Shown: positions 1-13,395, counted from the first letter of the stretch. The stretch is 64,000 bases of DNA from Pecten maximus (GCF_902652985.1 NC_047025.1:17298001-17362000), one strand, 5' to 3'. The notes: generated from the sequence alone by a model not told the origin. Numbers and translations are program-made.

Positions 1-511
1 CAATAGGATATAAAGACTACAATAGGATATAGACGACTACAATAGGATATAGACGACTACAATAGGATATAGACGACTACAATAGGATATAAAGACTACA
101 ATAGGATAAAGACAACTACAATAGGACATAGATGATTACAATAGGATACAAAGACTACAATAGGATATAAAGACTACAATAGGATATAAAGACTACAATA
201 GGATATAGACGACTACAATAGGATATAAAGACTACAATAGTATATAGACGACTACAATAGGATATAGACGACTACAATAGGATATAGACAACTACAATAG
301 GATAGACTCGCCTACAAAAGGATGTTAGACGACTACAATAGAATATAAAGACTACAATAGGATATAGACGTCTACAATAGGTTTTACTCGACTACAATAG
401 GATATACTCGACTACAATAGGATATAGACTACTACAATAGGATATAGACGACTACAATAGGATATAAAGACTACAATAGGATACACTCTACTACAACAGG
501 ATATAGACGAT
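1..511. repeat. 19-20 bp minisatellite (GACTACAATAGGATATA[GAC/AA]), about 26 copies, truncated by window edge
   Basis: Directly visible tandem array. It probably lies in an intron of the secreted Cys-rich gene. Confidence 0.95.
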
Positions 512-877
512 AACTCATGCTGTGGAAATTTATGCTACAACAATTTATAAAAACAATTCATGCTACAACAATTCATAAACAACTTGTGATATAAGATATA
601 TCAGATATACGGTGCTGCGATATCTCTTCTAAAGAATTATTGTATACCCACCTTAGCTTATCGCCTTATCGATCCATGGAATTATTAAAGTATATTATCA
701 ATAAAATTATATGATGTCAATAATAAATCAATTCAATGCTTTGCAGCATAAAAAACCAATGAAGAGATAAGTGTAATACCCCTGTCTTATTTTGCTATGA
801 CTTTTGAAATCCTCTCTAGTAAGTTTTGTTAATATCAATCAAATGTATTACAACACCGTGTAGTACTACTGATTTAC

Positions 878-3800
878 CTTTCTTTACAATCTCGACCTTC
901 GCTGTATCTTTTTTCGCCCGACATCGGTATTTGAAGCAGCCTTCCATCCAGGTTTCCCTGTTCTTAATGCAGTCGCCTTTCCATGGGCAATCTTCCGGGA
1001 ATAAAAAAAAAACACAAGTATATGGTATTGATCAAATATTTATGAGCAATGCGTATATCAAAATGCACAAATCAAATGATCGTAATCCTTTCTTCCCTGT
1101 CTGCTTTTGTGATTCATTTCCTGGCTGCCGATGACTTCCTGGTACAAATGTCCTTACATGGCCCTGGCTGAAGGAGAATTCCTGACACCAGTGTCTTCAC
1201 AAGGCCCTGGCTGCTGGTGGCTTCCTGACACTAGTGTCTTCACATGGCCGTGGCTGCTGGTGGCTTCCTGACACTAGTGTCTTCACAAGGCCCTGGCTGC
1301 TGGTGGCTTCCTGACACTAGTGTCTTCACAAGGCCCTGGCTGCTGGTGGTTTCCTGACACTAGTGTCTTCACAAGGCCCTGGCTGCTGGTGGCTTCCTGA
1401 CACTAGTGTCTTCACAAGGCCCTGGCTGCTGGTGGCTTCCTGACACTAGTGTCTTCACAAGGCCCTGGCTGAAGGAGAATTCCTGACACTAGTGTCTTCA
1501 CAAGGCCCTGGCTGCTGGTGGCTTCCTGACACTAGTGTCTTCACATGGCCGTGGCTGCTGGTGGCTTCCTGACACTAGTGTCTTCACATGACCCTGGCTG
1601 CTGGTGACTTCATGACACCAACACCTGTCTCTTCACATGACCCTTGATACTGGTGACTTCCTGACACTAATGTCCTCATATGGCCCAGGCTTCTAGTGGC
1701 TTCCTGACACTAGTATATTCACATGAACCATTATGCTGGTCCTTACACCAGTTTCTTTACATTGTCTATTGCAAATTCCTCAGCGTTAAGCAAACGACAG
1801 CTTGAATTTTCCCGGTTGATCGGTAGGGAAAATGTGTATTTGTACATGCAATGTTCTAAAGACGTACTCTGAACTGCCTATGTCTTTAATTCTCAAATTT
1901 TCTAGGCAAAAGTATTATGATAATTCACCGAGGTACATAAGCTCACAGGAAATGCTATAAAAACTATATATAAAATATGAAAACAATAAACAAATAAATT
2001 CTTAAAACAACAATGCGAAACCACACGAAGTGAAAAGTGTAAAAATAAAGAATAGAAAATAATAATAAAAGTCTAAAATACCACGTGATATTTTGCCGAG
2101 CATGTTGCACGGTCTCTGCGCTAGCACCAAGACCTGAGACAATGTTACATTCTAGATGAAGTTGACATATGCTGGTTGGTGTGGAAAAGCGAAAGATTGG
2201 TATGAGAGAGTGTTAGATCAACATTATATTACATCATCAAATAAATTGGTTGCAAAATTCGAATTTCCTGGAACTTGTCAACACATTAATCTGCGTCATT
2301 CTCCACGGAGGAATCTCCAGTATCAGCATAACCTCACACGATCCTTCCGCAACAGTGGACAGGTGGACAGGACACCGGTCAGACCGCGAAAACCAACGTC
2401 GTTATTTTAACATGATATTTTGATATCAGTGATAATCATTATAAAACAGGTGCGATTTAATAGTTAATTGCAATTATTTGGTTTTTTAAAGTCATTTTGT
2501 AATGTTCATGGTACATTTTCTTTCGTTAACTAACGGTGGTGCGGTCGATGAGGCAAAACATATGTACCAAACACACATACCCAAACTCCAGATATATACT
2601 GCAATTGTCTAGTAAATTTCTATCATATGATATATATAATATGATATGCGCTTCTCGTCAGAGGCTCGCAAATAAGGGAAAACGAAAACAAGTGTCAAAG
2701 TTTTTATTTGGATGATGGAAACTAATGTCATATGCTATATATATTCTGTTGTTAATCTACTTGTAAACTAAAATTAGTATATATAAAGAATGTAAGCCAC
2801 ATTTTTTACAAAAACAAATTCAGGTATATTTTATCGAAATGGTGGAAACACGATTAAAAAAAAGACACACAAAGACAGAATATGAATTACATAAAGGACA
2901 ACACGTTACCTGTTTATACACAAAGGACAACACGTTACCTGTTATACACAACGGACAGTACGTCACCTGTTTTACACACAAAGGACAACACGTTACCCGT
3001 TTCATACATAAAGGACAACACGTTACCTGTTATACACAAAGGACATCACGTCACTTGTTTTACACACAAAGGACAACACGTTTCCTGTTAACACACAAAG
3101 GACAACACGTTACATGTTGTATACACAAAGGACAACACGTTACCTGTTTTATACACAAAGGACAACACGTTACCTGTTTTATACACAAAGGACAACACGT
3201 TACCTGTTTTATACACAAAGGACAACACGTTACCTGTTTCATACACAAAGGTCAACACGTTATCTATTTTAAACACAAAGGACAACATGTTACCTGTTTT
3301 ATACACAAAGGACAGCACGTTACCTGTTTTATACACAAGTTTGGTTTTCGTCATCCTTTTGTTTATTCTGCACTGAACAGTTTGGCACTCTCCGGCATTC
3401 ACTGTCTGTCCGTCCCTCAGGCACCTATCTCGGAACAGACACTCTGGAAACAAAGGCCAATAACGTCAATGTTGAGATTGAAGTGACTTCTTCACTTAAA
3501 AGGTCACTGATATAATATATACATTACAAAAGCTGAATTCAAAGAAAATAATGAAAAGTGCTTGCACAAAACACAAATATGATCTGTAACAGAGTATATA
3601 TACCGAATAAAGGGAACATCCTAAAACTGTTTTGTCTTTTCTCATGCAACTCCTCATTGATGATCAAACCTCTGACAGTCCAAAGGGGATGGTAAGAAAG
3701 TTAGAAATAATATATACAGATAAAAACCAACAGGCCCACAAGGGGAGATATCTTTACCTTATCGTTCAATCAGTCTACCAAATTTGCCAATTGGATATCT

Positions 3801-4396
3801 CTTAATGTAAACATCTAATAATTTGACCAATCCTGTTAAAATGATATACTGACTAGCTTTTGTTATTCTCCACTTCCTTCCTCGATAACACATGGCCGTG
3901 GTACATCCGTAGGTAACAGTCTCCCCATCAGTGTAATACATTCCGTCGTGTTCACACATAGGCGGACCTGTAGAAAAATGAAAGTGGATGATATAGTGTG
4001 TATGTATTTACCAAATCACTGAAGTTATCGCCTCCTTGGATAACAACTTTGCAAGATTATTGATGGAGATAGTATCCTTACTCTTGCTGCTACATATGTC
4101 TTTAGAACAGAACTTATTGTGAAATCATATAGTTCAACAGGAATACAGATCAGCTAGCCAAGTTGATTCATCGTCATGCATATGTGTTCGCGTTAAATTC
4201 GACATACATGCAAAGGGTCAACATTGTGTAATATTATATATTTCATGATAAAATTCAAACATTCAAAACACGAGTTTGAACCTTGAATCCATAATTACGT
4301 TCGAACAATGAAGAAAATATAAAGCTACTTACTTCGCCCTTCTGTCATACAGACAAGAAGAATGGTGACGAAGGGTAAAAGTGTGTACCACTCCAT
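878..4396 (-). CDS. Secreted protein of tandem Cys-rich VWC/FnI-like modules; 3' part outside the window
   Basis: Exons 4396-4333 (MEWYTLLPFVTILLVCMTEGR, signal peptide-like), 3967-3854 (SPPMCEHDGMYYTDGETVTYGCTTAMCYRGRKWRITKA), 3443-3324 (KCLFRDRCLRDGQTVNAGECQTVQCRINKRMTKTKLVYKT) and 991-878 (DCPWKGDCIKNRETWMEGCFKYRCRAKKDTAKVEIVKK). All have GT-AG boundaries and all introns are phase 1. The modules align on their Cys residues and the G[EQ]T motif. Confidence 0.8.
1130..1750. repeat. 43-bp intronic minisatellite (GGCTGCTGGTGGCTTCCTGACACTAGTGTCTTCACAAGGCCCT), about 14 copies
   Basis: Visible array. Each unit contains the palindrome GACACTAGTGTC. The unit length is not a multiple of 3. Confidence 0.95.
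2890..3339. repeat. 30-bp minisatellite derived from the exon 3/intron junction of the secreted-protein gene
   Basis: On the minus strand the unit is TTGTGTATAAAACAG|GTAACGTGTTGTCCT. The first copy is the real exon end at 3324. Confidence 0.95.
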
Positions 4397-4811
4397 GACT
4401 GCCAAGGTTGAGCTGAAACAAAAACGGTCAATAATAGCAACATATAACACTATGTCCAACTAGCGAATGTAAATCTTACGGAGGGGAAATTTAATTATTT
4501 CTTATTGAAAATCATATATGTACCATATTTCCTAGGAATAATAAAATAGCACCCGCAATCTTCGCAATACCAGCAAAATAAACCTAAATGTATCGATACT
4601 TCTCGAGATATCAACACAATAAAAATGGCATAGATATACCTCGAGATATCAGCAAAATATGATAAAAAATCTTCATATTTTTTTCACGATATCAGCTTGA
4701 TGATAGTATCGATATCAATATTCCTCTAGATAAGATAGAATATACCTGGAAACTAGAATGATAGTTGGTAGAAATGTACAATATCACAGCTACCCTAATA
4801 CTACGTGTTTC

Positions 4812-4866
4812 ATACTTACAGTGAGATTTCTTGACAATTCTCATAATCTGTCTCAGCTTATATACT
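4812..4866 (-). promoter_or_regulatory. Putative TATA box and short 5'UTR exon of the secreted-protein gene
   Basis: Minus-strand TATATAAG at about 4864-4857, donor CT|GTAAGT at about 4819, and acceptor TTTCAG at 4413 just upstream of ATG 4396. Confidence 0.5.
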
Positions 4867-7069
4867 CCGCTCTATCCCATTGTTTAAACTTCGGTTTGAT
4901 TTGTGTACGTCGTCTTCCCTTTCACTGTTCGGTAACATGTGTGCTCTGGATATTGGATTGAATACGTGTTGTCTTTAAACAGATGTATTTGGTTGTCAGC
5001 ACTGACAACTTCATATTTATCAAACGACCTTCCTTGTCTACAAAACTCATTAAGTGTAAGTCGTCGGTAGAAACTGAACTCGGTGACAAACAACTTAAGT
5101 CGATCACGTGTATTTGAGAAAGCGACATTTGTTAAAGTATAATTATGGCAAACAACTCACAACTCCGTGATACAAATATTTATTTTTCAAGTTTTGATAC
5201 TTTAAACCTGTTTTAAACTTACATAAGATATTCGCCTTAATTAAGACATTCTAATTTATTAACTGTATAACGCATTACGATTTGTATATTCTAACTATTA
5301 GTTGAGATTTGGTACGTGTGGTTGATATTTTATTCAATAAAGCATAAAAAAATCCACGTGGATGTATAATTTACGATTTCACTAAGTAAGGCTGAAGAAA
5401 ATAGGCAAGATTTGCAAATCATCACTTGTACTTTGATATAAATTTGGAATTTGACGATATTTGCATATGTAAATACGCTATACACTAAACTGGTCTTCGC
5501 GTGTACAATGTATACATTTATATGATGATACATGACAAAGGCACTAGTCTAAAATACAGATAAACACATGTTTGTTAAGTCGGCAAGGATTTCCAATATT
5601 CCGGTGATTAACGGGAAACTATCTCACCTGGTTATAAAATGTACCTTTCCGAATCACATGCTATGATAGGACACGTTTTATACTAACATGATTACATTAT
5701 GGTATATTTTCATTACAATTGATGATATTAAAATCTATTCTCGAATATAAGATCCCAGAGGAGCCCACTACCGTGTGGACTGGTTCTATGTTAGTTTAAT
5801 ATTCTATGTACATTTGTCCCCCCCCTTCTATCTTAACTATATCAACTTGTTGCATCACACAAGCGTTAGTGACGAAGAACCTACAAATATAATTAGAACA
5901 AATACAGAAACTGTGATAGCAAGCTCCTGTCGACAATTTGGTTTTTAAACAGTCTCCATATTGAACATGCACAATTAGGGGTCAAAGAGCAGACCTCGTC
6001 TGAAATTAGAGGAAGGCAAAATAGACATTCCTTGAGAAATAGCGATAACAAGCTTTTCAAGATTACCGCCTACCAGGTACGTCAAAATTTCAACATTCAA
6101 AATAAGTGACAAAGGGGGAACTTACATTTGTTATAGGGAGATTCTGGTGATACTTTCTTGAGACAAGTAGTAACAGCTCGCAAATTATAGTATCCACGAA
6201 GGCCGCTATTTAACAATGTGTTCCGTTCAGTTTCAAAATATAAAATATGTTTAATTTTGGAGAGGCGACGACGTACTCAAACATTCGATGTGTAAAATTA
6301 ATGATTGCCGCTAGTTGGTCATATTCTTTTTCTTATCAGTCTCAATATTGACCATACATGGATAACAATGTTTCTAGAACAGCATTCCCTTAGAAATAGC
6401 GATATCAAACTTTAACTGTCAAAATCCAACAAGGCACCACGTAAGCTTTCATGTTTTCATCAGACATCCAAATTGCAAGCTCTACTAATGGCCAAGGGAA
6501 ACCTTCAGATGAAATTGCGAAAATGCGTTATATATCTTAAGTACTGGAGTATAGCCTATTTCTAGCACAATATGACATGTTTGTTTGCAAAGCTCTGGCA
6601 TCTATATCGACCATAGACACCAAAAAAGGACAGTTTAATGCTTATATTTACATTCTCCACATATTCGTTTTGTTACTCTTGGCAAATAAAAATTGAGTTA
6701 GCATAAAAATGCCAGTATTCAGCGATTTCGTCAATGGGGTTCGACAAATAGAACAGCCTATTTTTTCAAAATTCATTTGTCACGTGTAGATTGGCAAACA
6801 AAAAAGTGCATTGAAATAATACGAAAAAAACAAAGTCTGTTCAATTCTTTTTATTAATTGTGTAACAATATTGTATAAAATGTGTTTTTGATACTTTTTT
6901 GTTAACATAAAAAACGATTTACGTTAGTTACAAGTAGTTCCGGTGGGTGAATATATTCATGCGCGGCATGGATTGTTGTCACGTTTTGGTTGTCAATTAT
7001 GGTCACATAGACCGCAAATCTTTTTACTAAGTTTATATCGTGGCTTTGCCACCAAAATGTAAATATTTG

Positions 7070-7290
7070 ATGATGTTAGATAATACTTCAAAGCACTCCC
7101 ATAGTCAAATGTCGACGTCAACCGTTCGATGATGTTCAAATAATACATCAAAATACTAACCATAGACAATGTCGACTTCGACGTCAACCGTTCGATGATG
7201 TTCAAGTAATACTTCAAAGCACTCACCATAGTCAAACGGTGACGTCGACGTCAACCATTTGGTGTTGTTAAAAAATAGTTCCAAGCACTG
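7070..7290. repeat. Degenerate ~60-65 bp repeat (3-4 copies) just downstream of the FMO-A stop
   Basis: Recurrent TAATACTTCAAAGCACT...CCATAGTCAAA...GACGTCAACCG. Confidence 0.75.
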
Positions 7291-7329
7291 ATAAGATAAT
7301 CAGATTGATGTAGGACAGTTTTGTATTGT

Positions 7330-10300
7330 TTAAATATCACCATTGATAGTTTCATAAGTATTTAGCCCTGTGATTTTATAGTTTATTGTCTTAAAGTTTA
7401 TAGTGTCTTCAGCGCGTGTTTTAAGAACTGTATCATATAACAATGCAAGAACAGGAGGGATACGCTCGAATCCTGCAAGGTCGGCAAACTCGTTGTAATA
7501 CTGCCATTGAAGGGTGCCCATATGGTGCGCGTGTCGGTCTGGCTTGCCCCTTTCTAACCTACTGCGGAAGTCTTTATCCGTGTCAGCATCCATCTCCTCA
7601 CGAACTGGTAGTTCCACGGTACCGTCTAAAGTCGCAATCACGAACAATACCTGATGATAAATGCTTAAAAATGGACAATCTTTCTTCAGAATGCCAACTA
7701 TCGACAAAGACGGGTATTCCGTGTGAATAAGGTGCTTGTAAAGGGGTACGATACGTTCATTGTCAGTTTTCACGCGACACTCTGGTGACAGGAAAGGGAA
7801 ACTGAACCTATAACCGGTACAGAACACGAGAGCATCGGCTGTTACTTCTTCGTCATTTTCAAATACAACTGTATATTCCGTGACGTGTTTGATTCCTGGT
7901 TTCTGTTCCAGATTATCAGGTAGATATGTCTGTAGTCTTGGTAATCTGTGACTCAGGTAAACCTGGAAACAGATATTAGAATATGACATCCTAATTATAC
8001 CAATCAGCATGTTTATACATGAGTATACAATGTAGTTTAAAGTAAAACAGGGCTCAGCTCCAATAATAAATATCACGCTGATGTCTGAATGTCAATGTGT
8101 CGGAAAGCTTGGCCTTTAGATACTAAAAATTGGCGTTCCATGAGGATCTTTTTATCGACAGTTTACGCTGCAAATTTAATTGAGTTTTACTTAAGCAATG
8201 GATTAGGGAACGTTGAAAAGGCATTCCTTTTCGTTTATTTATCAACACATATGTGCTTGCCCTATGTATTTTTTCTCATCCAATTTCCCATTTGAGGGCC
8301 TGCCATTATATTTACCTGAGGTGTTTTAATGAAGCGGAAGACGAATATTTGGTGTTCTCATCTCAGATTTTCCTAGATTCTTTGTGTGAATGATTCATTT
8401 GTCTTAATTTTGCCATTGCTTCACCTACACGTATTTTGAGCTCAATTTGTGGATTTGTATATATTTCATATGTCACTTGTAGTGTTTCTTACCCTTCAAT
8501 TAGTGACATATCATAACCTCCCCTAAGTAATGTAGACAAGGAAATCTTGTCAATTGGAACAACATCTGTGACATAACTCAGGTACCTGGCGGCAAACGTA
8601 TGTAATGCTGGGTGTATGATACACAAAGGGAACTGTACCTTTTCCACAACAGACGACATATCCAGACTGATGTCCTGGCCAGACGAGGAAGCACCCAGAC
8701 ACACCACACACTTTCCCTCAAATTCGGACGGATAACGGTAGTCATGACTGTGCAATACTTTACCACGGAATAGATCTAGTCCGGTAATAGCTGGTATAAG
8801 TGGTACAGAGAACTGACTAAAAACACGAAAGTTTAAAAACTTTACTTACTAGGTATAGCTACTGACGACTTACACAAGACTTCAATAGATTAAATAGGAA
8901 GTTGGTATATCTTAAATGAATCATTCGACCAAGTTAACGTTACTCTATAAAGGACTAACTTCATTTGATGTTAAGATCAAAAAGGTAACTTGAATTATTA
9001 TGAATTTATGGTTATAAATTCTACAATTTGGCCTCATCGCAATCATCGTCTGCACGGAAGACGCATCCCCAAGAAGCTCAGAGCAAAGTTTCTATCACAA
9101 CACAATAACTCGTACACACTTCATGATTAATCTTTACATTTGATTTTCAATAAAACGATTAAGTTTTTGAAGTAACAGATGTCATCTGGTACCAATGAAT
9201 AGTATTTGATTATAAACAAAAATGTCGTCAGAAATCCAGAAATGTCAGAATGAGAACGAATCCGTGGGATGTATACAGCCAATATACAGAACAAAGTTAA
9301 TTTCAAGACGTCAAGTATACCTCGTATGGACATGGAATGGAGCATAACACACTTACCCATTACAAACCATAACAGCATCAAACGTTTCTGTTGTAGAAGT
9401 CAAATCAGAGTCTATCAGGGTCTTGTATGTCACCTCCCATGTAATCGTGTCGGAGGACTTCTGAGGGTGAACCAATTTCACTTTTGTTGAGAACTGAAAT
9501 TATACGTACTGCTAATTCTATAAATTTGAATATGTTTGCTTCATGAGTTATTCTTTTGGGACTTGTAATAAGCTCTGGGACTTGTAATAAGCTCTGGCCA
9601 ATTTGATCATTTACTGCTGTTTCTAATTATGACCATGACCCTGAGGCAATGTTCATATTCAGAACAGTTAACAAAGACATGTACTGTCCTTATATTTCAC
9701 CTTTAGATTTTATTGACGGTGGCTTGTTTTTAACAATGAAAAATATGATATACCCTAAAAACCTTAATTTAAGGACACAGATTATTCAAAAACAAAAAGA
9801 ATACTGACAAAATAACAAAACCATAATTCAAACTCCAAATCGATAAGACGAGGACAAAATATAAACCAAAACATAGATTTGTATTTAGACCCCTGAAAAA
9901 AAGTACAAGGAGAGTAAGACCAGTTAACCCGGAAGAGTAAGCGTCTTCTGCTTTGTTGAAGACTCCCGCCATACATATCTAGGTCACGACGACACCCGTC
10001 ATACAGATCTAGGTCAAATCCGGGTTAAGCCACAATCTCAAAGGAAAGAAGAGTTTGGAAGACCATAATGAAAAAGCCGTCTCAATCTTACATAAAACGT
10101 AACCAGCAGGAACAATGTACAACTAAACTGTATAACAAGCGTGATTATGTTTATTTCCAAATCGTAATTGTTTCCATTCATAGATAATAACATCCCCTAC
10201 CTTGTGTTTATAAGTCCCTGTTCATTCGATATCCAACGACTTCTATTATCGCAATGATCTTGACGGACGTCGACTTCTGACATAAACTAATGACAGGGGT

Positions 10301-12323
10301 TCCGGGGTAGCAGGTTTATGAAGGCCATTGAGAGGTTGGCGACATCTTTATCTAATTCAGAAACATTTTATTTCCCTGTGCGATATGAATTCAAACGTGT
10401 TCACTGCTCGTCGATAAGCTTTGTGGTTCCATTTCTCCTTTTCCGTGCAAATCTATATTTTGTCCATAGCTTGCCGTCTTTTTGTAACTTTTTTTATTCA
10501 AAATTTGCTTGCTAGCATGTAGTCCTAGTTTCCTCTGGCCCTGACACCATGCCTGGTGTTACACTAAACATTGTGTCATGGCCAGAGGAACTCGGGCTAG
10601 CTAGCATGTACAAATTCTCTGTTTTTAGAGGTATTCTGTTGAGATGAATTGTGTTTTACAATGTAACATATCAATATCAATGTTCCCAATTAAGGGATTA
10701 TATATTTCTAGTGGTTTGTCTGAAAATATTTTCTAAACGTGTTTTTTCAGTTTTAAAATAAATGATTCTATCAACATAACCAAATAAGTCAATAAAGATT
10801 GTAATGCATACTAACCTTTATATACTTCAACAAATCAAAACAATCTGCATAACTTTCGAGGTATTCTAACACATCTTCATGTCGAATAAAAGATGGTAGA
10901 TCAGCCCGGAACGGGAAATCAGGGAACGCCATCAGTTCCTTTGGAAGATTCGTCCTGATGAAAAAAAGTCAAAGTTAAATGCAGAAGGGTGGGGGAGGGG
11001 GATGGTGGTGGAGACTTGGAGGAGGAGGAGGAGGAGGAGGAGGAAGGTGGTGATGTTGGGGGACGTGGAGGAGCGGGAAGGCTGTGGTGGAACTGGGGTC
11101 TTGAAGGAGGGGGGCGTGGAGGGACGTGGATGAAGGGGAAGGTGGGTGGACGTAGGGACGTGGTGGTGGTGGTGGAGGGTGGGGGGGGGGTAGACGTAGG
11201 GACGTGGTGGGGAGGGGGGTAGACGTAGGGACTTGGTGGGGGGTAGACGTAGGGACTTGGTGGGGGGGGTAGACGTAGGGACTCTGTGGGGGTAGACGTA
11301 GGGACGTGGGGGGTTAGACGTAGGGACGTGGTGGGAGGGGGGTAGACGTAGGGACGTGGTGGTGGTGGGGGGGTAGACGTAGGGACGTGGTGGGAGGGGG
11401 TAGACGTAGGGACGTGGTGGGGGGGTTAGACGTAGGGACGTGGTGGTGGGGGGGTAGACGTAGGGACGTGGTGGGAGGGGGTAGACGTAGGGACGTGGTG
11501 GGGGGTTAGACGTAGGGACGTGGTGGTGGGGGGGGGGTAGACGTAGGGACGTGGTGGGAGGGGGTAGACGTAGGGACGTGGTGGGGGGGTTAGACGTAGG
11601 GACGTGGTGGGAGGAGGGGGGGTAGACGTAGGGACGTGGTGGGGAGGTGGTGGGTGGTGGCGCAAATTCAACAGTGCGACATGGCCGAACTCAGCCAACA
11701 AGATAGTTTCATATTCCAACACGCTAAGCTATATGTACCTCCTCTTAGGTAGAGAGGTCGTTTACAGGTAGACCGCTGACGGATGTCACGGATGCCTGAT
11801 ACTAAACATCAACGGCAGTTACACCGCGAAGCTACGAAACACCGTTTAATGGATCTCAACTGGCGAGAGAAGTGCGATATTTTACGTTCCTGTCCTTTTG
11901 AGCTACGATAACTTTCTTGGTGCAATACAGGATCGACATTGCTTCAGAAATACATCGATGTCAGTTTGGCTTGACAAACATTGTTTTTTTTAAATAAATT
12001 TTATTGATATAATGGGAAGACACGGCAGAAGTTTGTCTTCGAAGTAATCCGTTCAAACAAAAGCATCATGGTAAGCACAGGGTCGTTATATCGCTATAAG
12101 TAACAACTATAACTGTACTCACTTCAGGTTTCTGTACATACTGGAGTGTATGGGGAGGCCATGGTCATCCACGCCAGTCTGGTCAGTATAAATCCATGTA
12201 CCACCAAGACGACTATTCTGTTCGAAGCACACGACATGGAACTTTTGTTGTCTAGTGGTGAGATGCCGCAAGAGCACATAGACCTGCCGCCCCGGCTCCT
12301 ATCACGGCCACCCGGATCGTCAT
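7330..12323 (-). CDS. Flavin-containing monooxygenase paralog A (class B flavoprotein monooxygenase, ~428 aa); one extra base in exon 1 as assembled
   Basis: Exons 12323-12123, 10954-10816, 9493-9357, 8816-8639 and 7962-7330. Motifs: VAVIGAGAAG (FAD), GGTW, MYRNLKTNLPKE, FRGKVLHSHDYR (FMO signature), GASSSG (NADPH) and FCTGY. Exon 1 is 201 nt versus 200 nt in paralog B. Confidence 0.92.
10520..10599. mobile_element. 80-bp palindromic mini-MITE with TAG...CTA ends and 9-bp TSD (AcademH-like)
   Basis: Arms TAGTCCTAGTTTCCTCTGGCCCTGACAC / GTGTCATGGCCAGAGGAACTCGGGCTA. Flanking direct repeat GCTAGCATG at 10511-10519 and 10600-10608. Confidence 0.7.
10986..11660. repeat. G-rich minisatellite (GGGGGTAGACGTAGGGACGTGGTGG, variable G-runs) plus (GGA)n in FMO-A intron 1
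   Basis: Visible array with a constant TAGACGTAGGGACGTGG core. Confidence 0.95.
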
Positions 12324-13395
12324 CACTACAGATTCACAGTAGTTCCCTTGATATACCTATACATCACTGATAAATATACCTATACATCACTTATAAAGTC
12401 ACGTGACCAACATAAATACCTGTTTTATATGCCCACGGTCGTTTGCTACACATACTTCACAAATCTAGATAAGGGTAGCGCAATCGACAGTGGGTTCATA
12501 CGGACAATATACTTCTATGTGAAAAACAAATGCATTGACCCTTCAAATATTGACAAGGTTAGTATAGCAGAATATTGGGGTTAAATGGAGCATGAACCTC
12601 TGCTGAGACTAAGAAAAGGACTAGGTAAAGCACAGGTCCTAGCCTCGTCTGTCAATACATCCAAATATATATTGGATGTGTGGGTAAAGAGAGGGATAGA
12701 ATTTAGTATTAGGTTATTTACTAGTGTCACGTTTACCGACGCGTATCTATGACATATTAAAAGAATCGTTCAGAATCGTCTTTTTTACACATGTATATAC
12801 GATACTTATTTTATGATACATTAAATGAATTCATGGAATGAAATGAAATGGGACCATTACATGTCCCCCAAACCACCCCGACACCAGTGTTTGTGACGTC
12901 ATACTACACCTATATACCAATTTTCATCAAACTCGAACAATATCTAAATGTTGACCAATCAGAGAAGATTAAGCGGATCTAAAACAACATGCCCCCAAAA
13001 TTTGTTTGGGAAACATAATGATACACATAACCAAACAAGGGAAAAAATACATAAATCAATAGTTTATTTCCAAAAATTGACACATGCGGTGTACACCAGT
13101 GTTTGTGTTGGAATGTGGAAAGCCTCTGAACCGCAAGGCCATGTTAAAGAGTTTCAAACAGCTTGAGACTCGGACACTAGATAGTCCAGGCCATGGGAAG
13201 ACGTCGTTATCTAATTCGGAAATATTACATTTCTCTGTGCGATATGAAGTCAAATGTATTCCTGGCTCTATGAGGAGGCCGGTCACATTTCATTTGACAA
13301 TACGCTTATCTAACCGCAGAGGAGCGTAACAATATGAAAGTGTTTGATGTAGTGACAGACTTTCATGTGGGTTTATGTTCCTGTAGAAAAAAGAC

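Noticed and set aside
2839-3486. 215-aa + strand ORF with HKGQHVTCF repeats, resembling a metal-binding protein
   Set aside because: It is the antisense reading of the 30-bp junction-derived minisatellite and of exon 3 of the minus-strand gene.
10989-11722. Gly/Glu-rich and Pro-rich ORFs
   Set aside because: They are translations of the G-rich intronic minisatellite.
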